Shown here one piece after another: positions 29,292 to 39,287 of a stretch of DNA of 64,000 nucleotides. The stretch is from an uncultured cyanobacterium (GTDB lineage Bacteria; Cyanobacteriota; Cyanobacteriia; PCC-6307; Cyanobiaceae). The position numbers and the translations under genes were made by a program. Below the pieces are notes generated by a model, which saw only the letters and a program-made list of their open reading frames with translations, searched no databases and had not been told where the DNA came from. Where the stretch lies: positions 7,178 to 71,177 of the forward strand of contig CAIOGZ010000045.1 of assembly GCA_903858015.1 (NCBI GenBank), given 5' to 3'. Positions within the stretch are counted from its first letter, which is position 1. Every line of letters starts with the position of its first letter.

Positions 29292-29889
29292 TCCGCCCCC
29301 TCCCCGCAGGTCCACGTCTCCGCTGATCGAGATCCTGCCGATGGCAGCACCGTTGCTCCGCATCTACAGACCGCAGCCCTATGGCAGCAGTGCTTGCAGC
29401 TTCCGTTACGAGGGGCCGTTCTCACGCTTTGATCACCACGCCGATGGCCACTTGCGTGGAATTCACTACAGCGCACCTTCCTTGTCGTCTTGTGTCGTCG
29501 AAGTCTTCGGTGACACAGGGCTGATTGAACCACAGGGTTGCCAGCTGGTCCTGCTGCGCACAAACCGCCCCATGGCCCTGCTCGATCTACGAGGCAGCGG
29601 CGCCATGCGAGCCGGGAGTGTTGTTGCACTCAATGCCACAGCTGATCGATCGCTGAGTCAGCAGTGGTCTCGCTTTTTCTACGGCACAGCCGTAGCCGAT
29701 GAAAGACCGATCGATGGCTTGCTCTACAGCAATGCTCACAACGGCGAATCGGCCCTGGCCCTCTACGAACGGGCCGAAGCAGCGATCCACTGTGATGCCG
29801 AGCTGTCGCTTGCGGCGGACGAGCTTCGCAGCCGCCTGCTGGCTATCGCCAACGACCACGGCATGACCATGGCCTCATCCGGCTCCTGA
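29278..29889 (+). CDS. RES-domain toxin
   Basis: RIYR, RFDH, CVVEVFG, GLLYSNAHN. GTG start overlapping the antitoxin. Confidence 0.8.
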   Translation: MVRIDPPPPRRSTSPLIEILPMAAPLLRIYRPQPYGSSACSFRYEGPFSRFDHHADGHLRGIHYSAPSLSSCVVEVFGDTGLIEPQGCQLVLLRTNRPMALLDLRGSGAMRAGSVVALNATADRSLSQQWSRFFYGTAVADERPIDGLLYSNAHNGESALALYERAEAAIHCDAELSLAADELRSRLLAIANDHGMTMASSGS

Positions 29890-29900
29890 ACCACAATCCC

Positions 29901-32006
29901 ATGGCTTTCCTCCTCGCCGACAGCTTCCAATCCAGCCTTGAGAAGCTCAGTGGAGAAGAGCAGAAAGCTGCCAAGCTCGCCGCCTTCGAGCTGCAAATCA
30001 ACTCTGCCAATCCTGGTCTGCAATGCCACCGCCTCGACAACATCAAGGACAAGAACTTCTGGTCTGCCCGCGCCAGCCGTGACATCCGGCTGATCTTCCA
30101 TCAGGTTGAGAGCAGCGTGATGCTCTGCTACGTCGACCATCACGATCTCGCCTACGACTGGGCCTCACGGCGCAAGATCGAAACCCATCCCGTCACCGGC
30201 GCCGCCCAGATCGTGGAGATCCGCGAAACGGTTCGCGAGATTCACATCCCCATTCACGTCCCCGCAGCAGCGGCCACAGCTACATCCGCAGCCACAACCA
30301 CAGCAGCCCCTGAGCCCAAGCGGCCTCTTTCCAACCTCACGGAAGCCGACCTGCTCAGCTACGGCGTTCCCGCCGAGTGGATCCCTGATGTCCGCACAGC
30401 GGACGACGACATGCTGCTGGTGATCGCCTCCCATCTCCCCGGTGAGGCTGCCGAAGCGATCATCGATCTGGCCACCGGCACCACACCCACCAAGCCGGTG
30501 GTAAGGCAGCCAGACCAGAGCAATCCTTACGAGCACCCCGATGCTCAGCGCCGCTTCCGGGTGCTCACCGGCACCGAAGAGCTGGCCCGGGCGCTGGACT
30601 ACCCCTGGGAGCGCTGGATCGTCTTCCTTCACCCCAGCCAGGCTGACTGGGTGAGCCGCTCCTTCAATGGCCCCACCCGCGTGCAGGGCTCTGCTGGTAC
30701 GGGCAAAACCGTTGTGGCCCTGCACCGCGCCGTTCATCTGGCTCGTAGAAAACCCGAAGCCAGGGTGTTGCTGACCACCTTCTCCGAGCCCCTGGCGGCC
30801 CTACTGCAGGACAAACTCCATCGCCTGATCCAGGGGGAGCCCAGGCTGATTGAGCGCCTGGATGTGCTGGCCATGCAAGAACTTGGCGAGCGGATGCACG
30901 CCGCCCAGCTCGGTAAGCCGCAGCTCATTACTCCCGAGGACCTTCGCGCATTGATTCAGCGGTATGCGCCGGTGGAGATCAGCCGCGTCTATGGCGAGGC
31001 CTTCGTGGTGGAGGAGTTCAGCGAGATCGTCGATGCTTTCGGGCTGCGCGACTGGGACAGCTACCGCGATGTCCGCCGCCTCGGCCGTAAGAGCCGCCTC
31101 AATGAGGCCAAGCGCCGTTTGCTCTGGGAGGGCTTCGAGGCCGTCCTCCAGGAGCTGGAGCGCTCAGGCCAGATCACGCCCCAACAGCTCTTCCATCGCA
31201 CCGCCGAACAGCTGCACCGCAGCGGCGTCAGGCCCTACCAGCACATCGTGGTGGACGAATGCCAGGACATCACAGCCGCCCAGCTCCGTCTCCTGGCAGC
31301 TCTGGCGGGGACCGGCCCCGATGCCCTTTTCTTTGCGGGGGATCTCGGTCAGCGCATCTTCCAACAGCCCTTCTCCTGGACCCAGTACGGCGTGGACATC
31401 CGCGGCCGCTCGCGCACCCTCCGCATCAATTACCGCACCTCCCACCAGATTCGCAGCCAAGCCGATCAGCTGCTCGATCCCGAGTCCCGCGACGTGGACG
31501 GCAACGTGCAGGACCGGCGCGGCGCCATCTCCGTGTTCAACGGACCGGAGCCCGACATCCGGGAATGCGAGGACTCAGGCAGCGAAACCGAGCAGGTGGC
31601 GGGCTGGATTGAACAGCGCCGCAGCGAAGGCCTCACCCCCAGGGAGTTCGGCATCTTCGTGCGCAGCGAGGCCGAGATCACCCGTGCCGAGGCTGCTCTC
31701 CAGCTAGCTGAGCTGCCCTACGAGCGTCTGCAGCCTTCGGCCATCCGTCTTGGCAGCAAGGCCACCCTCTCCACCATGCACCTGGCCAAAGGGCTGGAGT
31801 TCCGCGCCGTGATCGTGATGGCCTGCGATGAAGACGTAATCCCCAACGCCGAGCGCATCAAGGCCATCACCGACGACAGCGACCTCGATGAAGTGGTGGC
31901 CACCGAACGCCACCTGCTCTACGTGGCCTGCACCCGCGCCCGGGATCACCTGCTGATCACCAGTGGTGACACCTGCTCGGAGTTCGTGGAGGATCTGCGC
32001 GGGTGA
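29901..32006 (+). CDS. UvrD/Rep-like SF1 helicase with N-terminal RelE/ParE-fold domain
   Basis: GSAGTGKT, VVDECQD, AGDLGQRIF, INYRT, AKGLEF, LYVACTRAR. N-terminal FWSARASRDIRLI...LCYVDHHD is RelE-like. Confidence 0.88.
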   Translation: MAFLLADSFQSSLEKLSGEEQKAAKLAAFELQINSANPGLQCHRLDNIKDKNFWSARASRDIRLIFHQVESSVMLCYVDHHDLAYDWASRRKIETHPVTGAAQIVEIRETVREIHIPIHVPAAAATATSAATTTAAPEPKRPLSNLTEADLLSYGVPAEWIPDVRTADDDMLLVIASHLPGEAAEAIIDLATGTTPTKPVVRQPDQSNPYEHPDAQRRFRVLTGTEELARALDYPWERWIVFLHPSQADWVSRSFNGPTRVQGSAGTGKTVVALHRAVHLARRKPEARVLLTTFSEPLAALLQDKLHRLIQGEPRLIERLDVLAMQELGERMHAAQLGKPQLITPEDLRALIQRYAPVEISRVYGEAFVVEEFSEIVDAFGLRDWDSYRDVRRLGRKSRLNEAKRRLLWEGFEAVLQELERSGQITPQQLFHRTAEQLHRSGVRPYQHIVVDECQDITAAQLRLLAALAGTGPDALFFAGDLGQRIFQQPFSWTQYGVDIRGRSRTLRINYRTSHQIRSQADQLLDPESRDVDGNVQDRRGAISVFNGPEPDIRECEDSGSETEQVAGWIEQRRSEGLTPREFGIFVRSEAEITRAEAALQLAELPYERLQPSAIRLGSKATLSTMHLAKGLEFRAVIVMACDEDVIPNAERIKAITDDSDLDEVVATERHLLYVACTRARDHLLITSGDTCSEFVEDLRG

Positions 32007-32268
32007 TCCCGCAAACCTGTCGTCGAGCCCGGCCTGGAATCAGCGTTGCGGCAATGTAGGCGAATTGGCTTAGAGCGACACCAGATGGGGTGTCGGGCGG
32101 TGCAGCGACGAGCGAGCATTCGGGCTGTGTCTCCAGAAGCAATTGTCGGCGGGATGGTGCTCGCCGCCGGGGCTCGATCAAGGAGGCGGAGGCACAACCC
32201 ATGGCGGCACATCTGGCGCCCGGCAGCCGCCCTGCCTAACCTGATTCGGATTACCACCATGGCCCCGC

Positions 32269-35200
32269 TTGCGCCCCGCCTCCCCCGCCACGCCCAAGCC
32301 TTACCGCCGCTGGAGTCCGCCGTCACCAGCCAGGGCGGCAAGTTCCCGGCTGACCCGGCCCTGGTGGGCCCTATCCCTACTGCTGGCGGCGGCAGCCGTC
32401 ACATCCCCACTGCTACTGCCCCCCGCCCGAGCCCAAGCCCCCCCAGCCCCAGCTGCCGGCCAGTCCGGCCCCCCCGCCGACCCGCGCCCCTTCCCGGCCC
32501 TTGACCCCGGCATGCATACCGCGATCATCAAGCGTCTCGCGGTGGACCGGGCCGGCCGCTGGCTGGTCACCGCCTCCGACGACAAGACCGCCCGGGTGTG
32601 GGACCTGGCCAACGGCGGCCGGCTCGCCGCGGTGCTGCGGGTGCCGGTGGGGGAGGGCAATGAAGGCAAGCTCTACGCCGTGGCCCTCAGCCCCGTTGGC
32701 GCCCTGGTGGCCCTGGGCGGCTTCACAGGGCCTGATGGCAAGGAACAAGCGATCTACCTGTTCGATCGCGCCAGCGGCCGCCTCCTTCAGCGCCTCGGCG
32801 GCCTGCCCAGCTCTGTCAACCATCTGGCCTTCTCCGCCGACGGCCGCCGCCTCGCCGCCGCCCTCGGCTGGGCCAACGGCCTCCGGGTGTATGAACCCGG
32901 CGCCGACGGCCGCTGGGCCCAGGTGGCCGCCGATGCCGCCTACGGGGATGACAGCTACAGCGTGGAGTTCGACGCCAGCGGCCGCCTGCTCGCCACCAGC
33001 AGGGACGGTGATCTGCGGCTCTACGCCGCCGGCCAGCGGGGCCCCCTCACCCCCCTGCAGCGCCGCCCCGCCCCCGGTGGCCGGGAGCCGTTCTTCGCGC
33101 GGTTTTCGCCTGATGGTCGCCGCATTGCCGTGGGGTTCTACGACAGCAGCGCCGTCACCGTGCTCGATGGCGCCAGCCTGGCCCCCCTCCCCTCCCCCGA
33201 CACCAGCGGGTTACGCAACGGCAATGTGAGCTCCATGGACTGGAGCGCCGACGGCCAGCGCCTGCTCGCCGCCGGCAAGTACGGCCAGGACGATGGCAGC
33301 AATCCTCTGGTGGCCTGGCCCAGCGCCGGAGGCGCCCCCCGATTCCTGCCCCTGGGGATGAGCGACACCGTGATGGACCTGCGGCCCTTGGCCGACGGAC
33401 GACTTGTGTTCGGCGGGGGAGGGCCGGCCTGGGGGGTGCTCGACGCCCAGCTCCAGCGCACCTCCCTCTTCCGCGGCCCGCCGGTGCTCGACCATCGCAG
33501 CAATGCCGCCAGCAGCAACAGCCACGCGGGCTATGAGGCGTTCCGCCTGGCCCCCGCCGGCGAGGGCCACTGGCTTGAATTCCGCGCCGTGAGCCGCGAC
33601 GCCGCCGGCGCCCGCGCCCGCCTGGTGCGTTTCGACCTGGCCGAGCGCCGCCTGCTTCTGCCCACCTCCCCCGCCCCCGCCGGCCTCGCCCCCCGCACCA
33701 CCGGCCTGCCCATCGACGGCTGGGAAGACACCACCACCCCCACCCTGGCGGGCAAGCCCCTGCCGCTGAAGCCGTACGAAGCCTCCCGCAGCCTGGCGAT
33801 CAGCGCCGATCGCCAGCGCTTTGCCCTCGGCAGCAACTGGGCCGTGCGCCTGTTCGGCGCCGAAGGCCAGCGCCGCTGGCGCACCCCCACCCCCGCTGCC
33901 GCCTGGCTGGTGAACCTCAGCCCCGACGGCCGCTTTGTGGTGGCCGCCCTCGGCGATGGCACGATCCGCTGGTATCGCACCCAGAAAGAAGGCTCCGCGG
34001 CGGCCGGCAGCGAGGCCCTCGCCCTGTTTGTGCATCCCGATCTGCAGCGCTGGATCCTCTGGACCCCCGAGGGCTTCTACGACGCCTCCCCCGGCGGCGC
34101 CGAGCTGTTCGGCTACCAGCTCAACAACGGCCGCGAGGCCGCCGGCAGCTTCATCCGCTCCGCCCAGCTGCAACGCCAGTTCCTGCGGCCCGATCTGATC
34201 GCTCGCCGCCTTTCCGGCCGCGCAGACGATGACGCTGCCATCGCCGCCGCCGTGGCCGAGGTGGGTGATGTGCGCCAGGTGCTGATGGCTGGCCGGCCGC
34301 CCCTGGTGCGGCCCGACACCCGCAACGGCGAGGCGGTGCGCACCCTGCCCAACGGCGATCTGGAGATCCATTTCCAGGTGGTGGATCAGGGCGGCGGCGT
34401 CGGCGATCTGGAGGTGCGGCTCAACGGCGTGCGGATCGAGGCCCGCCAGAACCTGCGCATCGGCGATCGCCCCGCCCTGGTGTTCACCCCGCCGCCACGC
34501 CGGCCCAACCAGCCGAGCAAGCCGGTGCTCACCATCGCCGCCGGCAACAGCCGCGGTGTGCTCGGCGAGCCCCTGCGTTTCGAGCTCACGACCACCATCA
34601 GCCAGGAGCCCCCCACCCTGCATGTGCTGGCGGTGGGAATCACCAACTACAAGAGCACGGTGCTGCAATCCGGCGTGCGCTTTGCGGCCGCCGATGCCCG
34701 AGCCCTCGTCACCACCCTGCAGTTGCCGGGCATCCTGGCCGATGCCCGACTCGGCTCCGTGGTGCTCATTCCCGAGGGGGAGGCCAGCCGCGACCGCATC
34801 CGCCAGGAGCTGCGGGTGATGGCCGGCAAGGTGAAGCCCGGCGATCGCTTCGTGCTCCACCTGGCCGGCCACGGCACCGCCCTCAATGGCGAGTACTACT
34901 TCCTCACCCAGGAGCTGGACAACGACAGCGAGGCGTCCATTCGCCGCCAAGCCCTCTCCGGCAACGAGCTGCGGGAGCTGCTGCGGCCGATCCAGGCCAG
35001 CGGCGGCACCCTGCTGCTGCTCGATACCTGCAGCTCCGGCACCTACGGCTCCCCCGCCCAGCGGGATCTGCAGGCCGCCGTGCGCCGCTTCGAAGAACTC
35101 GATGGCCGGCTGATGCTGGCGGCCGCGGGCGATCGCAGGATGGCCCTGGAAAGCCCCTACCAAGGGAGCGGCATCTTCACGGCGGTGGTGATCGAGGGGC

Positions 35201-35376
35201 TGCTCGGCAAGGCCGACAAATACGGCAATGACCGGGTGGTGCGGGCGAGCGAACTGCTCGGCTACGTGGTGGAGACGGTGCCGGAGATCACCGCGCGGGA
35301 GTTCCAGGGGGTGCGCCAGCAGCCCTACCAGAGCTCCCAGGGCAACTTCCCTCTCACCCGCTCCGGTGCTCGATGA
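32269..35376 (+). CDS. Secreted WD40-repeat protein with C-terminal caspase-like (C14) protease
   Basis: Signal-like WWALSLLLAAAAV...PARA-Q; WD40 blades (TASDDKTARVWD); dyad HLAGHG and LLLDTCSSG. Start uncertain. Confidence 0.85.
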   Translation: MRPASPATPKPYRRWSPPSPARAASSRLTRPWWALSLLLAAAAVTSPLLLPPARAQAPPAPAAGQSGPPADPRPFPALDPGMHTAIIKRLAVDRAGRWLVTASDDKTARVWDLANGGRLAAVLRVPVGEGNEGKLYAVALSPVGALVALGGFTGPDGKEQAIYLFDRASGRLLQRLGGLPSSVNHLAFSADGRRLAAALGWANGLRVYEPGADGRWAQVAADAAYGDDSYSVEFDASGRLLATSRDGDLRLYAAGQRGPLTPLQRRPAPGGREPFFARFSPDGRRIAVGFYDSSAVTVLDGASLAPLPSPDTSGLRNGNVSSMDWSADGQRLLAAGKYGQDDGSNPLVAWPSAGGAPRFLPLGMSDTVMDLRPLADGRLVFGGGGPAWGVLDAQLQRTSLFRGPPVLDHRSNAASSNSHAGYEAFRLAPAGEGHWLEFRAVSRDAAGARARLVRFDLAERRLLLPTSPAPAGLAPRTTGLPIDGWEDTTTPTLAGKPLPLKPYEASRSLAISADRQRFALGSNWAVRLFGAEGQRRWRTPTPAAAWLVNLSPDGRFVVAALGDGTIRWYRTQKEGSAAAGSEALALFVHPDLQRWILWTPEGFYDASPGGAELFGYQLNNGREAAGSFIRSAQLQRQFLRPDLIARRLSGRADDDAAIAAAVAEVGDVRQVLMAGRPPLVRPDTRNGEAVRTLPNGDLEIHFQVVDQGGGVGDLEVRLNGVRIEARQNLRIGDRPALVFTPPPRRPNQPSKPVLTIAAGNSRGVLGEPLRFELTTTISQEPPTLHVLAVGITNYKSTVLQSGVRFAAADARALVTTLQLPGILADARLGSVVLIPEGEASRDRIRQELRVMAGKVKPGDRFVLHLAGHGTALNGEYYFLTQELDNDSEASIRRQALSGNELRELLRPIQASGGTLLLLDTCSSGTYGSPAQRDLQAAVRRFEELDGRLMLAAAGDRRMALESPYQGSGIFTAVVIEGLLGKADKYGNDRVVRASELLGYVVETVPEITAREFQGVRQQPYQSSQGNFPLTRSGAR

Positions 35377-36950
35377 GCGCCACGCCCGCAGCGCCGGGGG
35401 CTGACCAGCCCTTGAAGGTGTTCGTGTCCTACTCCCATCAAGACGACGCCCTGCGGCAGCGGCTCGATGTGCACCTCAGCCTGCTGAAACGCCAGGGGGT
35501 TCTGGAGGTGTGGCACGACCGGCGCCTGCAGGGCGGCGAGCACTGGGAGGAGGCGATCGACCAGGCCCTGGAGGAGGCCGACATCGTGCTGCTGCTGATC
35601 AGCCCCGATTTCCTCGCCTCCGACTACTGCTACGGCCGCGAACTCACGGCGGCACTGGAGCGCGACCGGCGCAACGAGGCGGTGGTGGTGCCGCTGCTGC
35701 TCCACCCGTGCGACTGGCAGAGCGCCCCCTTCGCCCGCTGCCAGGCCTTCCCCCGCGACAACCAGCCGATCAGCATCCACCCGCGGGGTGAGAACGCGGC
35801 CTTCAGCCTGGTGGCGGCCGAGCTGCGCCGCCTCGCCGAAACCCTGCGCAAGCGGCGGCGGGGCGAGGCGCACCAGCCTCCCTCTGGCGCGGCGCACGAT
35901 CCGGGCGGCACGGCGGCGGCAAGGCGGTGGCGGCGCTGGTGGCTGGCGCCGCTGGCCACCCTGGCGGTGGCGGTGCCGGCCGGGATGCTGCTGAGCCAGG
36001 CGCGGGTGACGGCCGGGCTGGCGGATCTGCGCCTGGGGGCCTATACCCGTGCCCTCACAGCGTTCGAGGCGGCCCGCCTGCTCAACCCCCTCCACCCCCT
36101 AGCCCGCTGCGGCGCCCGGGCGGCCGCCATCGGCAGCGGCCTGGCGGCGATGGCCAGCAACAGTCCGGATCTGGCCCGTGATGTGGCGGCCCTGCCCCAG
36201 AGCGGCCCCTGCGGCGCCCAGCGCGAGCTGTTCCACGGCGATCTCACCCTCGAGCGCTATCTGCTCAACCGCGACCGGAAGGACTGGGACCTGGCGGCGG
36301 CCGCCTTTGAGCGCGCCCTGGTGATGGATCCGGAGCTGGCGGAGGCGGAGCAGCGGCTTGGCACCCTCGCGGATCTGCAGAACGACCTGCCCGCGGCGCA
36401 GCGCCGCTTCGAGAGCGCCCGACGGCTGGCGGCAGGGCAGCCCCTGCTGGCCAAACGCTACCGCAATGGTCTGGCGAAGGTGCTGCTGCAGGGCAGCGCC
36501 GCCGAGCGGGAGCGGGCTTTGGTGTTGTTCGACGGCGACCGGGGCAACCCGGCCTCGGATGTGGAGGCGGCGATGCAGCGCTGGCGCCAGGGGGGCGGAG
36601 CGCCGCTCGGCCAGGCCCTGGAGCGTCTGCCACGCGAGCCGCCGCCCTCCCTGCGGGGCGAGGGCGGCGGCGAACCCTGGGGCTTCAAGCTGCGCGATGG
36701 CCAGGTGGTGGCGGTGGGGCTGCTTCGCGACCAGCGCTGCCTTCTGGCCCAGGCCCGTGCCGCGACCCTCCATCTGGACGGCCAGCTGGCGGAGGCGAAC
36801 AACGAGCGGGCCAGCAGCCGCGCCACCTGCAGCGGCTCCGCCTCCACCATCAACCTCGTGGTCTGCGACCGACTCTCCCAGGCCGCCAGCAGCGGCGCGC
36901 CCACCACCGCCACCCGTGCCTGGTTGCGCTGCGCCGACTTCAGGGGTTGA
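35373..36950 (+). CDS. TIR-domain / single TM / TPR membrane protein
   Basis: KVFVSYSHQD...LLISPDFLASDYCYGREL (putative catalytic Glu kept), RRWRRWW then a TM helix, TPR-like helices. ATGA overlap with the caspase gene. Confidence 0.85.
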   Translation: MSATPAAPGADQPLKVFVSYSHQDDALRQRLDVHLSLLKRQGVLEVWHDRRLQGGEHWEEAIDQALEEADIVLLLISPDFLASDYCYGRELTAALERDRRNEAVVVPLLLHPCDWQSAPFARCQAFPRDNQPISIHPRGENAAFSLVAAELRRLAETLRKRRRGEAHQPPSGAAHDPGGTAAARRWRRWWLAPLATLAVAVPAGMLLSQARVTAGLADLRLGAYTRALTAFEAARLLNPLHPLARCGARAAAIGSGLAAMASNSPDLARDVAALPQSGPCGAQRELFHGDLTLERYLLNRDRKDWDLAAAAFERALVMDPELAEAEQRLGTLADLQNDLPAAQRRFESARRLAAGQPLLAKRYRNGLAKVLLQGSAAERERALVLFDGDRGNPASDVEAAMQRWRQGGGAPLGQALERLPREPPPSLRGEGGGEPWGFKLRDGQVVAVGLLRDQRCLLAQARAATLHLDGQLAEANNERASSRATCSGSASTINLVVCDRLSQAASSGAPTTATRAWLRCADFRG

Positions 36951-37261
36951 TCCTGGCAACGCCTGAAGTGGCCGTTGGGGCTGGTGGAAGCAGCGCCCGT
37001 CCGCCCGCCTGCCGATCAACGCCCGAGCGAAGCGCTGCTTGTCCTTCAAAAATCAGCAGACACACCGAATCCGGGGAGAGTTAGCTCGCCCCAATCGCTA
37101 GCTGAGAATCAACTCCTGCGCTGGCGGCCTCGGCCCCCCCACGTTGCAACGCGCCAACATGGCAATCCTGCTGGTGCCACCGCCGCTCGATCCGCCCTCC
37201 CATGCGGCCCTGCTGCAGGCGCTCTTCTGTTTGGCGCAGCCGTCGCAGCCGCATTTGCGTC

Positions 37262-37275
37262 TACATTGGTATGTA
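37262..37275. promoter_or_regulatory. Inverted repeat TACAT-N4-ATGTA just upstream of vapB; probable autoregulatory operator
   Basis: Perfect 5-bp arms 8 bp before the ATG at 37284. Confidence 0.45.
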
Positions 37276-37283
37276 CACACAAG

Positions 37284-37550
37284 ATGACTCGCGTCATGGA
37301 CGTCCTCCCCAGCCGGGTGTTCATGAACGGCAACAGCCAGGCCGTGCGCATCCCCGCGGAGTTCCGGCTTTCCACAGACCGGGTGCAGATCAGTCGCACG
37401 GCTGAAGGTGATCTGCTCATCCATCCCTGTCCACCTCAGCGGGGCAAGGCCCTGCTCGATCTGCTGGCCCGCTTCGACGCCGACTTCGTGGCGGCTCTGG
37501 AACAGCAGCAGCAGGAGCAACTGCCGGTTCAGGAACGTGAATCGCTGTGA
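37284..37550 (+). CDS. vapB: AbrB/MazE-type antitoxin VapB
   Basis: VFMNGNSQAVRIPAEFR; overlaps a PIN toxin gene. Confidence 0.88.
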   Translation: MTRVMDVLPSRVFMNGNSQAVRIPAEFRLSTDRVQISRTAEGDLLIHPCPPQRGKALLDLLARFDADFVAALEQQQQEQLPVQERESL

Positions 37551-37955
37551 TCTACCTGCTTGATACCAACATCCTCATCTACCTGGTCAAAAATCGCCCG
37601 CCCCAGGTGGCCGAACGGATTGATGCCCTCAAGGACCAGGATTCCCTGGCGATGTCGTTCATCACCTGGGCGGAGCTGCTCCAAGGCGCCCAAGGCAGCC
37701 AACGCCGTGAGGCAACCCTTGCGCAACTCGATGCGCTCTCCCGGCAGGTGCCCGTGCTCTACCCCGAAGGGCAGGCCATCTGCCGCCATTACGCTCAGCA
37801 GGCCACAGTGCTCAAGCGCCTGGGCACGCCGATTGGGGCCAACGATCTCTGGATCGCTTGCCACAGCCTCGCCGTTGGTGCCACCTTGGAGCCACAATAT
37901 TCGCGAGTTTGCTCGTATTGAGGGCCTCACCCTGATCGACTGGGCGGTTGCCTGA
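37547..37955 (+). pseudogene. vapC: PIN-domain toxin VapC with 2-bp deletion frameshift near the 3' end
   Basis: YLLDTNI and IGANDLWIACH are intact. At about 37889 TTGGAGCCAC replaces the expected TTGGTGAGCCAC; the normal tail SHNIREFARIEGLTLIDW continues in another frame. Confidence 0.8.
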
Positions 37956-37959
37956 GGCC

Positions 37960-38305
37960 ATGCCATTTCTCCTCGCCGTCAGCTTCCAATCCAGCCTTGA
38001 GAAGCTCAGTGGATAAGATTAGAAAGCCGCCAAGCTCGCCGCCTTCAAGCTGCAAATCAATCCCGCCAACCCTGGTCTGCAATACCACCGGCTTGACAAC
38101 ATCAAAGCTAAAAACTTCTGGTCAGCCCACGCCAGCCGCGACATTCGTCTGATCTTCCGCCGGGTCGAGAGCAGCGTGATGCTCTGCTAAGTCGACCATC
38201 ACGACCTTGCCTACGTCTGGGCTTCGCGGCGCAAGATCGAAACCAATCCCGACACTGGCGCCGCGCAGATCGTCGTGATCCTTGAAACGGTTCGCGAGAT
38301 CCAGA
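37960..38305 (+). pseudogene. Degenerate 5' copy of the RelE-UvrD helicase gene with in-frame stops
   Basis: Homologous to 29901-30245; TAA/TAG at about 38014-38022 and later. Confidence 0.88.
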
Positions 38306-38380
38306 CCCCCTACCAGTTTTCCTTTCGCCTTGAGAAAGCGTCACTGGGGTTCGTCTTGGGTTTCAGAGGTGAGGTCCAGA

Positions 38381-38692
38381 TCAAAAAGCTTCTTCGTTAT
38401 CCTCAGTATCATCAACTTCCTCAAACTCATCGCGAGTCCAAAAGCGGACAAAGACCCAGCGATCATCGCCGGCATCCGCGATTGTTTTGCGAATCAGACT
38501 CTCGGCCTGACGCGCCGCTTCAAGATCCACTTCTACAACGTCATACACTGCCCATACCCAAATGGCTGGTTCGCCAACGGAATCGAGCTCACTTTCCACT
38601 CTCCATTCGTAGACGGGTGGAGACCAGCTCTGCCCACTGAGGAGGCTCTTGATCTCTTCAGTGGAGAGTGCGTATGATCGAGTTGAAGCCAT
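38381..38692 (-). CDS. Small acidic protein, possibly minimal nucleotidyltransferase-like
   Basis: 103-aa ORF with ELDSVGEPAIWVWAVYD and WVFVRF pattern. Family call is weak. Confidence 0.4.
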   Translation of the reverse strand: MASTRSYALSTEEIKSLLSGQSWSPPVYEWRVESELDSVGEPAIWVWAVYDVVEVDLEAARQAESLIRKTIADAGDDRWVFVRFWTRDEFEEVDDTEDNEEAF

Positions 38693-38775
38693 GAGAGCGC
38701 ATGATTGACCACTTTATTTGACTCTAGCTTGTTAAGGGTTGATTGAGGGCTTGTGCAACCCGTCGACGTTGCACG

Positions 38776-39279
38776 TTACATGGGATCTGATGTTGCTGTT
38801 CCCACCAGCCAGTTGAAGGGTATGCGAACCCAGTCAGCAACCCTGTACTTCTCACCCTGGCGTGGATCCAGCAGCACATGGCAATCCGTGGTGCTGATCA
38901 CCGAGGGAACCCGCACTCCGCAGATCTGGTGCCCTTCAGCAGCAGCCTGATCTACTACCTTCAGGAATTCACCCCCAATCCTCTGGGCGTTTGGCCCCGC
39001 TGGTCTCACATTCCAATTGGTGGGGAGCAGCATTCCTAGCTCTTCCAGGCTCAAAACGGATCCCTCCGGCACCGCAATGGCCGCGATCGTGAGCTCCGCC
39101 ACGGTGGCCCAACCTGGACGACTGACCACTTCGAGAATCGCCAGCGACTGTACTTCTGCCGTATAAAGAATGGTGCTTCGCTTGTCATTGAAACGCCAGC
39201 CATCGCGTGCCACGGACGCACTGGCATCAAGCGGATCAAACGCAGACCGTGGCTTGCGACTGGCGCGATACACCAACAT
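38776..39279 (-). CDS. RES-family NAD+ phosphorylase-type toxin
   Basis: VYR, GWRFN, LAILEV, VPSVI, VLLDP. Confidence 0.85.
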   Translation of the reverse strand: MLVYRASRKPRSAFDPLDASASVARDGWRFNDKRSTILYTAEVQSLAILEVVSRPGWATVAELTIAAIAVPEGSVLSLEELGMLLPTNWNVRPAGPNAQRIGGEFLKVVDQAAAEGHQICGVRVPSVISTTDCHVLLDPRQGEKYRVADWVRIPFNWLVGTATSDPM

Positions 39280-39287
39280 CCTTCGCT

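Noticed and set aside
29901-32006. Gabija GajB or housekeeping UvrD/PcrA
   Set aside because: No OLD-nuclease GajA partner, and the RelE-like N-terminus and island context do not fit housekeeping UvrD.
13757-39279. Functional link between nadE/nadD and NAD-consuming RES and TIR genes
   Set aside because: nadE-nadD are core genes outside the island; proximity is most simply coincidence.
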